Shown: piece by piece, positions 19,027 through 28,232 of the stretch | Numbering within the stretch: the stretch's first letter is position 1 | Layout of the letters: each line of letters starts with the position of its first letter | Source: an uncultured Ardenticatenaceae bacterium | GTDB lineage: Bacteria > Chloroflexota > Anaerolineae > Promineifilales > Promineifilaceae | Direction of reading: 5' to 3' | Length of the DNA: 64,000 nt | NCBI GenBank assembly: GCA_964467705.1 | Contig: CAYXUZ010000011.1 | Location: 572-64,571 of the forward strand | Made by a program: the position numbers and the translations under genes | Notes under the pieces: model-generated | Database searches by the model: none | Seen by the model: the letters and a program-made list of their open reading frames with translations, nothing else | What the model was told of the DNA's origin: nothing

Positions 19027-19944
19027 TTAAAAATTGGCCTGGACCAACTGAACAAAGCCCTGTACGTTAGCCAACTGGGCAGATGATACGCTCAGAAAAC
19101 GAGTCAGGGGATAGTGCGTGTCATACCACGCCTGTGAAAGCGGGCCATTGCCGCTGTTCCAGGATTGCGGATCAATACACACAACTAACGGCCGTTTGTG
19201 GGCCACAGTTTGCCCTAACAATTGGCTGCCCAAACCCGCATCATCGGCGCTGCCGCCAACAGTCCAACGGGTACTGGCCGCCACATCAGCCGCTTGCCGC
19301 CATTGAAAGGGCGTTGCATTTTTTGGCAGCAAAATGTAGATACGGTCATAATCTTCACGGGCACACAAACCGGCCACACAAACCGAGCCGACGCCATTGC
19401 TGACCACTGTGGTTGAACCCGGCTCAAACGCTGTACTGCGGACAAAGATAGTGACTTCTTCGCTCTGGGCTACGGCCGTGACGGAAGCCCGCACCGGCAC
19501 ATTATACAGCACATCGGTTAACGCCCACTGCACCGACTGGCTTTGCCCATCCGTACCGCCAAACGGGTCAATGCCCAGCCCCACCACCAGACTACGTGGC
19601 CGTTCTTGTTCACCGCCGTCCGGGATGACCAGGAAGTCCATGGCCACGTTCACCAACATTCCAGGCGCTTCCACACGAACCGATTGCCAGACGCCGGCGT
19701 CATAACGGCCGTGACTAAAAAATCCCTGACGCAACACACCATCTACTTCCACGGGCACGAACTCAACTTCGCCAAAATCATTGTCCTCGGCTACCCAACC
19801 TGCCCAACCGGGGGCGACTGGTTCGTCACCGTCCATCACCATTTCCAGATTTTCGGCTGCCAATAGATAGGGAATGCGCTGCACAGGGTCCGGGCCAGGG
19901 CCTTCCTGCTCAGGGTCTATGTATTGTTTAACATCATCGTTCAT
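19027..19944 (-). CDS. Hypothetical protein with a conserved C-terminal domain of unknown function
   Basis: 305-aa ORF. The C-terminal pattern REDYDRIYILLP...TVGGSADDAGLG...IDPQSW...WYDTHYP recurs in uncharacterised proteins (from memory). Confidence 0.5.
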   Translation of the reverse strand: MNDDVKQYIDPEQEGPGPDPVQRIPYLLAAENLEMVMDGDEPVAPGWAGWVAEDNDFGEVEFVPVEVDGVLRQGFFSHGRYDAGVWQSVRVEAPGMLVNVAMDFLVIPDGGEQERPRSLVVGLGIDPFGGTDGQSQSVQWALTDVLYNVPVRASVTAVAQSEEVTIFVRSTAFEPGSTTVVSNGVGSVCVAGLCAREDYDRIYILLPKNATPFQWRQAADVAASTRWTVGGSADDAGLGSQLLGQTVAHKRPLVVCIDPQSWNSGNGPLSQAWYDTHYPLTRFLSVSSAQLANVQGFVQLVQANF

Positions 19945-20037
19945 CGTGACACCTCCATTTGTTTGAAATAAGCAATCATGAGCACACTATAACCGATCAT
20001 CGTTGATGATCCGTTGATTTGATTCCTCTTCTACCAC

Positions 20038-20065
20038 AAGCCCCAACCAGGGGCTTTGTTGTTTT
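20038..20065 (+). terminator. Intrinsic-terminator-like hairpin in the 5' leader of the 20135 gene
   Basis: AAGCCCC (20038-20044), loop AACCA, GGGGCTT (20050-20056), then TGTTGTTTT. Preceded by a second small hairpin, GATCATC-GTT-GATGATC, at 19995-20011. Confidence 0.4.
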
Positions 20066-20134
20066 CCAAACTGATGTATTATTTAGAAGTTCAACGTTTT
20101 GGGATTAGTTATACTTCTGATAAAGGAGAAAATC

Positions 20135-21289
20135 ATGTCAATTGGCCCCCTACAAATGGTGATTATCGGATTTGAAAACGACGACTACGCCCGCGAGATC
20201 GTCGCCGAGCTAAGAGCCGCTCGACAAAAAGGCAGCATTCGCCTGTTTGATATGCTCTACCTGATCAAACACGCCGACGGCGCTGTGTCCAGCAAACAAG
20301 TCACTGACCTGACTCCGCAGGAAAAAGAGACGTTTGGGCATTTGGTCAGCCGGGTGATTGGGCTGGGCGCGGACAGTGTGGTGCAAAACAACATTGACGA
20401 ACTGGCCGCGTCACTGAAGGATTCCGATGCCGACTATGGTCTAACGGAGGCAGAACTGCAAAATCTGGCGGCAAAGGTTCCCAACGGCCGTTCCGCTATT
20501 GCCGCTCTATTTGAACATCACTGGGCGGTCAATCTACGTGAAGCCATTGTCAAGGCGGGTGGGCAGTTGTTGGTGAATGCTTATATCAACCCGGACACCT
20601 TGAAGGCCGCCAGCCATCAATTAAATTATGTGCTGGATGCGGTGAATCGGGTGGAGGCAACCGCCATTGATGAAGCTGCCGCCATCCGCGCCGGGGCGCA
20701 GGCAGATGCAGAGGCCGCCCGTGCCGCCGCCGAAGCTGCTACCCAACAACGATTGGAAGCGGAAAAAGCGGCCGCCGAAGCAGAAGAAAAGGCCCGGCGC
20801 ATCAAGCAGGCGGCCGCACTGCAAGCCCTGTCAGCCTTAAAAGCGGCCAAATTGGTAGCGGCCGAAGCGGAAGAAGAGGCCATGAAGGCCCTATCCGAAG
20901 CGGAGTTGATCAAGATGACGGCCGCTGACGAAGCGACGCTGGCTATGACGGAAGCGAAGGTGGAAGAAGAGCGCGCACGGCAAGAGGCAGCAGCGCGTAT
21001 TGCGGAAGCGGAGGCGATGGAAGATGCGGCTTTTGCCCAGGCGGAAGCGGTGCGCCGCGCCGCCCAGCGGCAGGAAGCAGAGGCCATTGCCAATGCCGAA
21101 CTGGTGGTGTCGGCCGCGAAGGAGATGGAGGCGACGGCCGTGCTCAAAGCGATCCGCGCCCTGGTTGCCGCCGACATTGTGCAGCAGGCCGCCGAACAAC
21201 GGGCGATTGAGGCGATTGTGGCGGCCAATGTGGTGGAAGAATTAGCAGCCCGGAAAGCGGCCGCGGGCTTGTTGGGGGCGGGAATATAG
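20135..21289 (+). CDS. Protein with a small N-terminal globular domain and a long Ala/Glu-rich coiled coil
   Basis: AAGGAG RBS at 20122. The N-terminus GPLQMVIIGFENDDYAREIVAELRAARQKGSIRLFDMLYLIKHADG resembles DUF1269/DUF6325-type domains (low certainty). Residues from about 190 onward are AAEAEEKA-type repeats. Confidence 0.5.
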   Translation: MSIGPLQMVIIGFENDDYAREIVAELRAARQKGSIRLFDMLYLIKHADGAVSSKQVTDLTPQEKETFGHLVSRVIGLGADSVVQNNIDELAASLKDSDADYGLTEAELQNLAAKVPNGRSAIAALFEHHWAVNLREAIVKAGGQLLVNAYINPDTLKAASHQLNYVLDAVNRVEATAIDEAAAIRAGAQADAEAARAAAEAATQQRLEAEKAAAEAEEKARRIKQAAALQALSALKAAKLVAAEAEEEAMKALSEAELIKMTAADEATLAMTEAKVEEERARQEAAARIAEAEAMEDAAFAQAEAVRRAAQRQEAEAIANAELVVSAAKEMEATAVLKAIRALVAADIVQQAAEQRAIEAIVAANVVEELAARKAAAGLLGAGI

Positions 21290-21308
21290 GAAGTGGGTGA
21301 ATGGGTAA

Positions 21309-22646
21309 TTACCCATTCACCACCGCATGAGCATAGACAAACATGGCCGCACTCCAGGTGAGGGGGGCTTCAGATTCATACCAGCGTGTTTTCAGGTAAC
21401 GGCCGTCCTCACCATACACTTCATGCACCACCCCATCCCGCACAATGACCTCGGCCATTCGGTCAAGCAGTTCAGCGGCTTCGTCTGGTCGCCCGGCGCG
21501 TGTAGCGGCAATGACGTGCCAGCTTCCCAACCAAAGCCAGGCCGCCGATGTGTGGTAGTGAGCAATGCCCCCCAGTCTGTTTTCCAGAGCAATGTGTTCA
21601 CGGCCGTACGGTTGATTTGTGCATTTAGCAGGCACGGGATCGGCCATGCCAAATGCGGCCATATTGTCCAGGATGGCGGCTGCCTGCTCCGGCGTCGCCA
21701 GACGCCAGGCAATTGCCAACAGGTTGCCATCGCTGCTGAGGATGTGCCGGAACTGACGGCTGGTGATAAAAAATCCCTGGCTTTCATCCCAAAAGTGGCG
21801 GTTGATGGCTGCACACAGCGCCTCTGCCCGCACTTCAAAGGCAACGGCATCTTCGCCAAAACCGTAACGTGCCGCGTCCAGGGCAAATTCGCGCAGCGCC
21901 TTCCAATAGAGGACGTTGGTATAATTCACTGCCCCTTTGCGAATGACGGAATCGGCCCAATCGGTATAGGCGCCCTGGTGCAGCAAGCCATCGGCCTGCA
22001 ATGCCTGGCTTTCTACCCAATGTAATGCCTGCTTTAGAGCCGCCCAATGCTTCTGAGCAAACCGTTCGTCCTGATAACGCCGCAGGTAGTTGAGGGCGGC
22101 AATTACCAGCAGGCAGTTACCATCCAGAGAAATGGTGTGATGAGCGGTCTGGTATTTAGGGCGCAGGGGGGCGTGGGTGGGCTGCTGCCGGGCAAAAAGG
22201 GAGTGCAGATAACGGTCAACAACGCTGGTGGAGTGAATTTTGACGGGGAAACGGCCGTCTGCTCTTTGATAGTGCAAATATAGCTCCAACGTCTCTTTCA
22301 GTGCCCGCTGTTCCCCCATTTCTGCCAGGCCAAAGCTGGCAAAGCCAAAGTCACGCGCCCACGGTTCGCGGAAGTTGCGCCAGCCGGCCCATAAGATTGT
22401 TTTGCGTGTACCATCCGGCAGGTGGCGCTCTTCAATGCCAGCGCGGACATTTGCCTCAGCGATGTGGCGGGCCAACTGGGTGGGGGGCACGGCCGTGTCT
22501 GATTCCCCCGGCGAGGTATGCAGCCGGGCTGCCAGCCCCGGCTGCCGAAGCAGCCGCCGCCAATAGGTGTACAGTTGCGAAACCACAAAACCCAGAAGAA
22601 AGGTGACAAAGAGAGAGAGGTACGGCCGTTGACGCATGTTCCCCAT
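21309..22646 (-). CDS. Six-hairpin (alpha/alpha)6 glycoside hydrolase, amylo-alpha-1,6-glucosidase (GDE_C)-like
   Basis: N-terminal TM helix (YLSLFVTFLLGFVVSQLY), then WAGWRNFREPWARDFGFASFGL, YTDWADS and AAWLWLGSWH motifs. The upstream 44 codons of the ORF are probably not translated. Confidence 0.65.
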   Translation of the reverse strand: MGNMRQRPYLSLFVTFLLGFVVSQLYTYWRRLLRQPGLAARLHTSPGESDTAVPPTQLARHIAEANVRAGIEERHLPDGTRKTILWAGWRNFREPWARDFGFASFGLAEMGEQRALKETLELYLHYQRADGRFPVKIHSTSVVDRYLHSLFARQQPTHAPLRPKYQTAHHTISLDGNCLLVIAALNYLRRYQDERFAQKHWAALKQALHWVESQALQADGLLHQGAYTDWADSVIRKGAVNYTNVLYWKALREFALDAARYGFGEDAVAFEVRAEALCAAINRHFWDESQGFFITSRQFRHILSSDGNLLAIAWRLATPEQAAAILDNMAAFGMADPVPAKCTNQPYGREHIALENRLGGIAHYHTSAAWLWLGSWHVIAATRAGRPDEAAELLDRMAEVIVRDGVVHEVYGEDGRYLKTRWYESEAPLTWSAAMFVYAHAVVNG

Positions 22647-22803
22647 TTTACCAAAAACCCTCACCCTAGCCCTGCTTTGAGGGGGGCAAATGGGGTGGAA
22701 TAGTGGCCGAAAAGAGTGTTGAGCGGCAGGTATTTCCGTGTACAATGGGGACAGTCGGGGGAATACAGTATCAACCACACAGGCACGTAAGCAGGAGGTT
22801 CAT

Positions 22804-25077
22804 ATGAATAAAGCGACTTTTGTTTCATTCTCTACCAATGTCAATCTGGATGCGCTGCCAGCCGGATCGGCGTTTAAGGCGATTTGGACGGTGCGTAACT
22901 CTGGAACAACCATCTGGGGAGAGGGTTACACCATCACCCATATCAACGCTAACAAAGGCAGCCAATTGCTGACCGTCAAGGCCACTTATACGCTGGCCGA
23001 AGTCGCTTCCAAAACCAGCGTGAACCCCGGCGAAAATGTAGAGATTACCCTGGAGATGACCGCCCCGGCGAAAGCCAATCATCGCTTTTTCACCGACTGG
23101 CAGTTGAAAGACCCACAGGGCAAGTTGTTTGGTGACATCATCTGGCTGCGCCTGGTAACAACGACACCGCCGCCTAAGGTCGAAGAAAAACCAGCGCCGG
23201 GCGGGCAGAAGATAAACAACAGCAAATATATTGACGACCACAACATTCCTGATGGCACGCCAATTCAAGAGGGCAAGAGTTTTACCAAGCAGTGGGTGGT
23301 GAAAAATAACGGCGATCTGCCCTGGACGACGGCTTACCGGCTGGTGTGGGTGGGTGGTGAATCGCGCATGGCCGGTTCGATGAGCCATACTGTGCCGGAA
23401 GCGCAGCCGGGTGAGGAAGTGGTGCTTTCTGTACCCATGATTGCCCCACCAGCGCGGGCGGAGGCGTATACCAGTTCATGGCGCATCCATGATGAGCAGA
23501 ACCGGGCCTTTGGTGATTCGTTTTGGGTGAAGATTCAGTCTACGGCGAATGTGGAGGGGTTTGGTATACGGCCGTACTGCCAAAACGATCCACAATGGAA
23601 AACCCTCAAACTAGGGCACGGTCAGAAAACATTTGGCGAATTTGGCTGCCTGCTGAGTTGCATGGCCATGATGCTCACCGGTTTTGGCGAAAATTACACC
23701 CCGCTCTCGTTGAACAATGCCCTACTCAACCGCCCCGCCGGGCAGGGGTTCGACGCTTCCAACGTGTTTTTCATCTCCCCGGCCGCACTCATTGACCACG
23801 TAAAGTTCTATGATAATTGGACGCCGTTGCCGAACACAGGCGCAACCTTTGCCAAACTTGACCCCAACCTGCTTGGCCGCATTGACCAGGAAATTGCCGC
23901 CGGGCAGGCAGTAATTTTGCAGGTGGATCAAGACCCCACCGACCCGTACACCTATGGCACAGAGCAGCATTGGGTGTTTGTGCTGGCGAAACAGGGGAAT
24001 GATTATCTGGTACTCGACCCGACCGACGGCCGTCCCGTCTCCTTGCTCACGCGGTATGGCTATGCCGGGCGTTCACTGGCCGAGGCGGTCAAGTCGGCAC
24101 TCATTTATCGTTCGGATCGGGTGCGGATTCAGCGCGGGGCGCAGCCGCCGGCCGTGGAACCGGTGAAAGAGAGTACGGCCGTGAGTGCCATTGGCCCCAC
24201 CGATGGCGAATTGAAATACACCGGGCCGGCCTGGGAGTTTGGCAAGATGCTCAAAGGGGTGCATGACCGCGCCAACCGCCACCCGGTGCAGGCTGATTGG
24301 GACCTGGCACGAGGCAAGTTCGAGTCGGTGAAGGTGATGAGCGGCGTTTCGGTGGAGGAGATGCAAAATTATCAGGCCAAGTTTTACATGTGCCGGTTGT
24401 TTGAGAGCTGGAACGGCCGTCATGTGCCGGTGCAAGATTTTGTGAATACCGTCGCCAACGACATTGAACGGCTGGTGAATGCGGGCGTCACCTATTTTGA
24501 ATTTCACAACGAGCCAAACCTGACGCATGAGGGGCTGCGCTACAAAGGGGTGGCTGGCTCCTGGAGCAACGGCGCGGAGTTTGCCCAATACTTCATGGAA
24601 GGGCGCAAGCTACTGCGGCAGCGCTTCCCTGGCATTAAAGTGGGCTTTCCCGGCCTGTCGCCGGGGGCGGATGCGGAATATCAGTTTGGGCATGATCGTG
24701 GCTTTCGGCTGAACGATGTCACCTTTTTGCAGCAGGCGGAAGCGGCCGTACGCGCCGCCGATTTTCTGTGTGTCCATGCCTACTACATCTCCATGCAAGA
24801 GGTGGAGACGGAAGCGATTGCTCTGGTGAAAAAGTACCGGCGCATGTTCCCGGACAAGTTGATGTTTGTGACCGAGTTCAGCAACCCTGACCCACAAATG
24901 AAGACGCCGATCATTGACAAAGGCAAACAGGCCAAACGGTTCTATGAGTTATGCAGCCAGATTCCCGGCATGGGCGCGGCTTATTATTTCATCATTTCCG
25001 GTTCGGGCTGGGATCATCAGGCATTGCGGCGGGACGCGGACGGCCGTTCGCTGGGCATCATTGAGCAAATGTTGTAG
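22804..25077 (+). CDS. Multidomain protein: two NBR1-like Ig domains, a peptidase C39-like domain, and a clan GH-A TIM-barrel glycosidase-like domain
   Basis: GGAGG RBS. Two repeats of the W.V.N.G...W pattern (FKAIWTVRNSGTTIW; FTKQWVVKNNGDLPW). PYCQNDPQWKTLKLG...FGCLLSCMAMML resembles C39-like domains. FEFHNEPN and MFVTEFS are the acid/base and nucleophile Glu motifs. Confidence 0.6.
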   Translation: MNKATFVSFSTNVNLDALPAGSAFKAIWTVRNSGTTIWGEGYTITHINANKGSQLLTVKATYTLAEVASKTSVNPGENVEITLEMTAPAKANHRFFTDWQLKDPQGKLFGDIIWLRLVTTTPPPKVEEKPAPGGQKINNSKYIDDHNIPDGTPIQEGKSFTKQWVVKNNGDLPWTTAYRLVWVGGESRMAGSMSHTVPEAQPGEEVVLSVPMIAPPARAEAYTSSWRIHDEQNRAFGDSFWVKIQSTANVEGFGIRPYCQNDPQWKTLKLGHGQKTFGEFGCLLSCMAMMLTGFGENYTPLSLNNALLNRPAGQGFDASNVFFISPAALIDHVKFYDNWTPLPNTGATFAKLDPNLLGRIDQEIAAGQAVILQVDQDPTDPYTYGTEQHWVFVLAKQGNDYLVLDPTDGRPVSLLTRYGYAGRSLAEAVKSALIYRSDRVRIQRGAQPPAVEPVKESTAVSAIGPTDGELKYTGPAWEFGKMLKGVHDRANRHPVQADWDLARGKFESVKVMSGVSVEEMQNYQAKFYMCRLFESWNGRHVPVQDFVNTVANDIERLVNAGVTYFEFHNEPNLTHEGLRYKGVAGSWSNGAEFAQYFMEGRKLLRQRFPGIKVGFPGLSPGADAEYQFGHDRGFRLNDVTFLQQAEAAVRAADFLCVHAYYISMQEVETEAIALVKKYRRMFPDKLMFVTEFSNPDPQMKTPIIDKGKQAKRFYELCSQIPGMGAAYYFIISGSGWDHQALRRDADGRSLGIIEQML

Positions 25078-25080
25078 AAG

Positions 25081-25140
25081 GTGGCAAGTGGCAAGTTGCA
25101 GGTGGCAGGTGATGATTTGCCACCTGCAACTTGCCACTTG
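25081..25140. repeat. Word hairpin (GTGGCAAG / TTGCAGGT words), 23-bp perfect stem
   Basis: CAAGTGGCAAGTTGCAGGTGGCA (25085-25107) pairs perfectly with TGCCACCTGCAACTTGCCACTTG (25118-25140). The same word family occurs at 52429-52500. Confidence 0.9.
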
Positions 25141-25193
25141 TTCACCACCAAACCATAATACGCGGCAAACTATTCCTGAAAAGAAGGACAGCT

Positions 25194-26270
25194 ATGGACA
25201 TCAAAATTCTCCCCCTGGATGAAACAAAATTAAAAACGCCGCCAACCGATGATTTTGGCTTTGGCAACAAGTTTAGCAACCGTATGTTTAGCCAGAAGTA
25301 CACGCCGGAGTTGGGATGGCACGACGCCACCATTGGGCCTTATGCGCCGTTTAGTTTAGAACCGGCTACGGCCGTGTTCCATTACGCCCAGGAAATCTTC
25401 GAAGGCACCAAAGCATATCGCCGCCCGGACGGCAACATCAACCTGTTCCGCCCCTGGGAAAATATGCGCCGCTTCACCAACTCCGCCCGGCGTATGGCCA
25501 TGGCCCCGGTGGACGAGGAAGAACATCTGGCGGCCATTATCAAACTGATTGAACTGGAACAAGAATGGGTGCCAACCTATCCGGGGGCGACGCTGTACAT
25601 CCGCCCCACGATGATCGCCACCGATGCGGCATTGGGTGTTCATGCCAGCCACAGTTATTTGCATTTTGTGATTGTGGGGCCGGTGGGGCCGTACTTTAAG
25701 GGCGGGTTCAGCCCGGTGCCGGTCTATATTTCCGACAAGTACCGCCGGGCAGTACGCGGCGGTGTGGGCGACGCCAAGACGGGTGGCAACTACGCCGCCA
25801 GCCTGTTGGTGGGCGAAGAAGCGCAGGCCAAAGGGTATTCGCAGGTGTTGTGGCTGGATGCGATTGAAGGACGCTACATTGAAGAGGTGGGGGCAATGAA
25901 TATCTGCTTTGTGTATGAAGGGCACAAGATTGTGACGCCGCCGCTGACGGGCAGTATCTTGCCGGGGGTGACGCGCCAATCGGTGCTGGAGTTGGGGCGC
26001 GACCTGGGGTATGAGGTGGCCGAAGAGATGATTGATGTCCACGACATGCTGTCCGACATTCAGTCGGGCAAGATTACGGAGGTGTTTGGCTGCGGCACGG
26101 CCGCCGTCATTGCTCCGGTCGGTAAATTCGGCTTCGAGGAAAAGGAATACATCATCAACGATTACCAGAGCGGCCCCGTGTCTAAACATTTATATGACGA
26201 GTTGACGGGGATTCAGTACGGCCGTATTCCTGACCGCTTCGGCTGGACATTGACGATCACCGTACCCTGA
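25194..26270 (+). CDS. ilvE: Branched-chain amino acid aminotransferase
   Basis: 358 aa from ATG 25194. HYAQEIFEGTKAYR, GVGDAKTGGNYAASL, LTGSILPGVTRQSV. Confidence 0.92.
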   Translation: MDIKILPLDETKLKTPPTDDFGFGNKFSNRMFSQKYTPELGWHDATIGPYAPFSLEPATAVFHYAQEIFEGTKAYRRPDGNINLFRPWENMRRFTNSARRMAMAPVDEEEHLAAIIKLIELEQEWVPTYPGATLYIRPTMIATDAALGVHASHSYLHFVIVGPVGPYFKGGFSPVPVYISDKYRRAVRGGVGDAKTGGNYAASLLVGEEAQAKGYSQVLWLDAIEGRYIEEVGAMNICFVYEGHKIVTPPLTGSILPGVTRQSVLELGRDLGYEVAEEMIDVHDMLSDIQSGKITEVFGCGTAAVIAPVGKFGFEEKEYIINDYQSGPVSKHLYDELTGIQYGRIPDRFGWTLTITVP

Positions 26271-26390
26271 ACTTATGATGATTTTTTGAGCAATGAATCA
26301 TCTGATCTAATAGCTAGGCGGCACACAGAATTGGACAATATCTATCGTACGATGGCCCAATACTAAAGACAGGAATAAAGGCGCAACACT

Positions 26391-27005
26391 ATGAAGGAGT
26401 TGAGTGTTTGGGTAGATCAGTTTTACGGAGGAATCATCGGGCATGGAATGTTTGTTCGTTCGCTGTGTCCAGAGAAGACACCCACTGAACCTCTCGGCAA
26501 ACTTATAAGGTGGCTTCAGCCAGGTACTTCCTATTTTGATCGGGGGGATCTGCCATTAAGCTATTGTAAGGTCAGTAAACCTGAGGCAATTTTTCATTTG
26601 TTTTCACTAGGAGAGGCTGCTTGGGGAGCATTTCACAACGCACATTCACTCAATGAACTAGATTTTCAACCCAAATTGGCTGGAATAGTTGTTGTAATTG
26701 AGCGGGAATCCGTCATGATGAGTCTGGAGAGAAAGTCTAAGAAGGGCATAAATTCAATATCGTCTTTGGGGACAACGCATTTTTCGTGGTTTGAGAAACA
26801 AAGGTTACCATATGTCATCGCAGCTACGGGATATCAGGACGCGAAAGCAGAATTGGAATTTCTCCGTACAGCTCTGGCTCTGACTTCCAACATTCCTATG
26901 ATTCCTGGACCATCTCTGTGGCAGGGTGACCCCTTGCTGTTTGACACCGAACATGCCAACCAGGTTCTGTTTGCATTGTATAAGGAAATAAAACATGGTA
27001 TTTGA
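26391..27005 (+). CDS. Hypothetical protein, possibly a degenerate small-GTPase-like fold lacking a P-loop
   Basis: Lower-GC patch. IFHLFSLGEAAWG, AGIVVVIERES and LPYVIAATGYQDA line up with the switch II, beta4 and NKxD positions of MglA/Ras-like GTPases. No GxxxxGK(S/T) is present. Confidence 0.35.
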   Translation: MKELSVWVDQFYGGIIGHGMFVRSLCPEKTPTEPLGKLIRWLQPGTSYFDRGDLPLSYCKVSKPEAIFHLFSLGEAAWGAFHNAHSLNELDFQPKLAGIVVVIERESVMMSLERKSKKGINSISSLGTTHFSWFEKQRLPYVIAATGYQDAKAELEFLRTALALTSNIPMIPGPSLWQGDPLLFDTEHANQVLFALYKEIKHGI

Positions 27006-27504
27006 GAACCTCTACCAGGAATTGGCGCGGGGGATGGAGATTATCCCGCTGTTGGTGGCGGAGATGACGCAGGCAGAAGCGCAGGTGAAGCCCGCGTCAG
27101 AGTCATGGTCGGCGTTGGAAGTCATCTGCCATCTGTATGATGAGGAGCGTGAAGATTTCCGGCAGCGGCTGGACATCATGCTGCACCGGCCACAAGAGCC
27201 GCTGCCAGACATTGACCCACAGGGCTGGATCACCAGCCGCCACTACAACCAGCGCGATCTGGCCGAAATGGTGCAAAAGTTCACGGCCGAACGCACCCAA
27301 TCACTGGCCTGGCTCAAAGGACTGGCCGCGCCCAACTGGGAGGCGGTGTATACCAACCAGTGGGGTTCTATGAAAGCGGGTGATATGTTTGTCGCCTGGG
27401 TGGCACATGATAATTTGCACACCCGTCAACTGGTGGAACTGCGCCGCCACCGCCTGCTCAACCTGACCACGCCGTATGATGTGGGGTATGCGGGAGATTG
27501 GTAA
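26995..27504 (+). CDS. DinB-family protein
   Basis: ALEVICHLYDEEREDFRQRL and WVAHDNLHTRQL are the His-containing helices typical of the DinB_2 four-helix bundle. Confidence 0.8.
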   Translation: MVFENLYQELARGMEIIPLLVAEMTQAEAQVKPASESWSALEVICHLYDEEREDFRQRLDIMLHRPQEPLPDIDPQGWITSRHYNQRDLAEMVQKFTAERTQSLAWLKGLAAPNWEAVYTNQWGSMKAGDMFVAWVAHDNLHTRQLVELRRHRLLNLTTPYDVGYAGDW

Positions 27505-27506
27505 AT

Positions 27507-27565
27507 CGTGATGCGTGATGCGTGACCCGTGAGGATTCTTCACGAATCGCGCATCACACATCATG
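27507..27565. repeat. Word hairpin (GTGATGCG / CGCATCAC words)
   Basis: CGTGATGCGTGATGCGTGA ... GATTCTTCACGAATC ... CGCGCATCACACATCATG. Confidence 0.7.
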
Positions 27566-27579
27566 TCTGGTTCTATGCT

Positions 27580-27954
27580 ATGAAAATGTCCAAAATAGAA
27601 GGCGGGGTGCGTACCGTACTGGCCTTTAACGAGGCGTTTAACCGGCATGATGTGGCCGGGATGATGGCGTTGACGAGTGACGACGGCCGTTTCGAGAACA
27701 CCTTCCCCGCCCCCGATGGCACTGTGTACACCGGAAAGGCAGCGGTGACCCAGTTCTGGCAGGAATTTTTTCAGAACTCCCCCCAGGCGCATATTGAAAT
27801 TGAGGAGATTTTTGGGTTGGGTTTTCGCTGCGTCATGCGCTGGCGGTATGAATGGGTGGACGAGGCCGGAAACAAAGGGTATGTGCGCGGCGTGGACATT
27901 TTCCACATAAAAAACGGCCTCATTACCGAAAAGCTGTCCTACGTGAAGGGGTGA
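27580..27954 (+). CDS. SnoaL/NTF2-like protein
   Basis: LAFNEAFNRHDVAGMMALTSDDGRFE and FHIKNGLITEKLSYVKG. Start is either ATG 27580 or 27586. Confidence 0.75.
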   Translation: MKMSKIEGGVRTVLAFNEAFNRHDVAGMMALTSDDGRFENTFPAPDGTVYTGKAAVTQFWQEFFQNSPQAHIEIEEIFGLGFRCVMRWRYEWVDEAGNKGYVRGVDIFHIKNGLITEKLSYVKG

Positions 27955-28232
27955 TGGCGCCTGAGGATAGTGTGAAAATGAAAACACCAACGTCAGAAAC
28001 GCTGTGGCTGGAAATCAAAACCTCCCTGGAGGAGCAAAGGAATTTCATCAATGAGGAGATCCGCAACTACCCGCCGCCGATTCCCGCCTGTGATGCCCAG
28101 TTTAATTTCCTTCTGGAAGAGCGGGCACGGCTGACGACAGAACTGAACCGGCTGCAAGAAATTACCGGACAAAATACAGATGACACCTCCGCACGCATCA
28201 TATCTAACGCCTCAACCATCACTCGTACTTGA
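27954..28232 (+). CDS. Small hypothetical coiled-coil protein
   Basis: The ATG overlaps the upstream stop (ATGA), suggesting translational coupling. No family recognised. Confidence 0.4.
   Translation: MAPEDSVKMKTPTSETLWLEIKTSLEEQRNFINEEIRNYPPPIPACDAQFNFLLEERARLTTELNRLQEITGQNTDDTSARIISNASTITRT

Noticed and set aside
20626-21228. 200-aa minus-strand Ala/Ser-rich ORF
   Set aside because: It is a shadow of the Ala/Glu coiled-coil region of the 20135-21289 gene. It has extreme low complexity and no start context.
27301-27990. 229-aa minus-strand ORF
   Set aside because: It is antisense to two plus-strand genes with recognisable DinB and SnoaL/NTF2 motifs. It has no motifs of its own.
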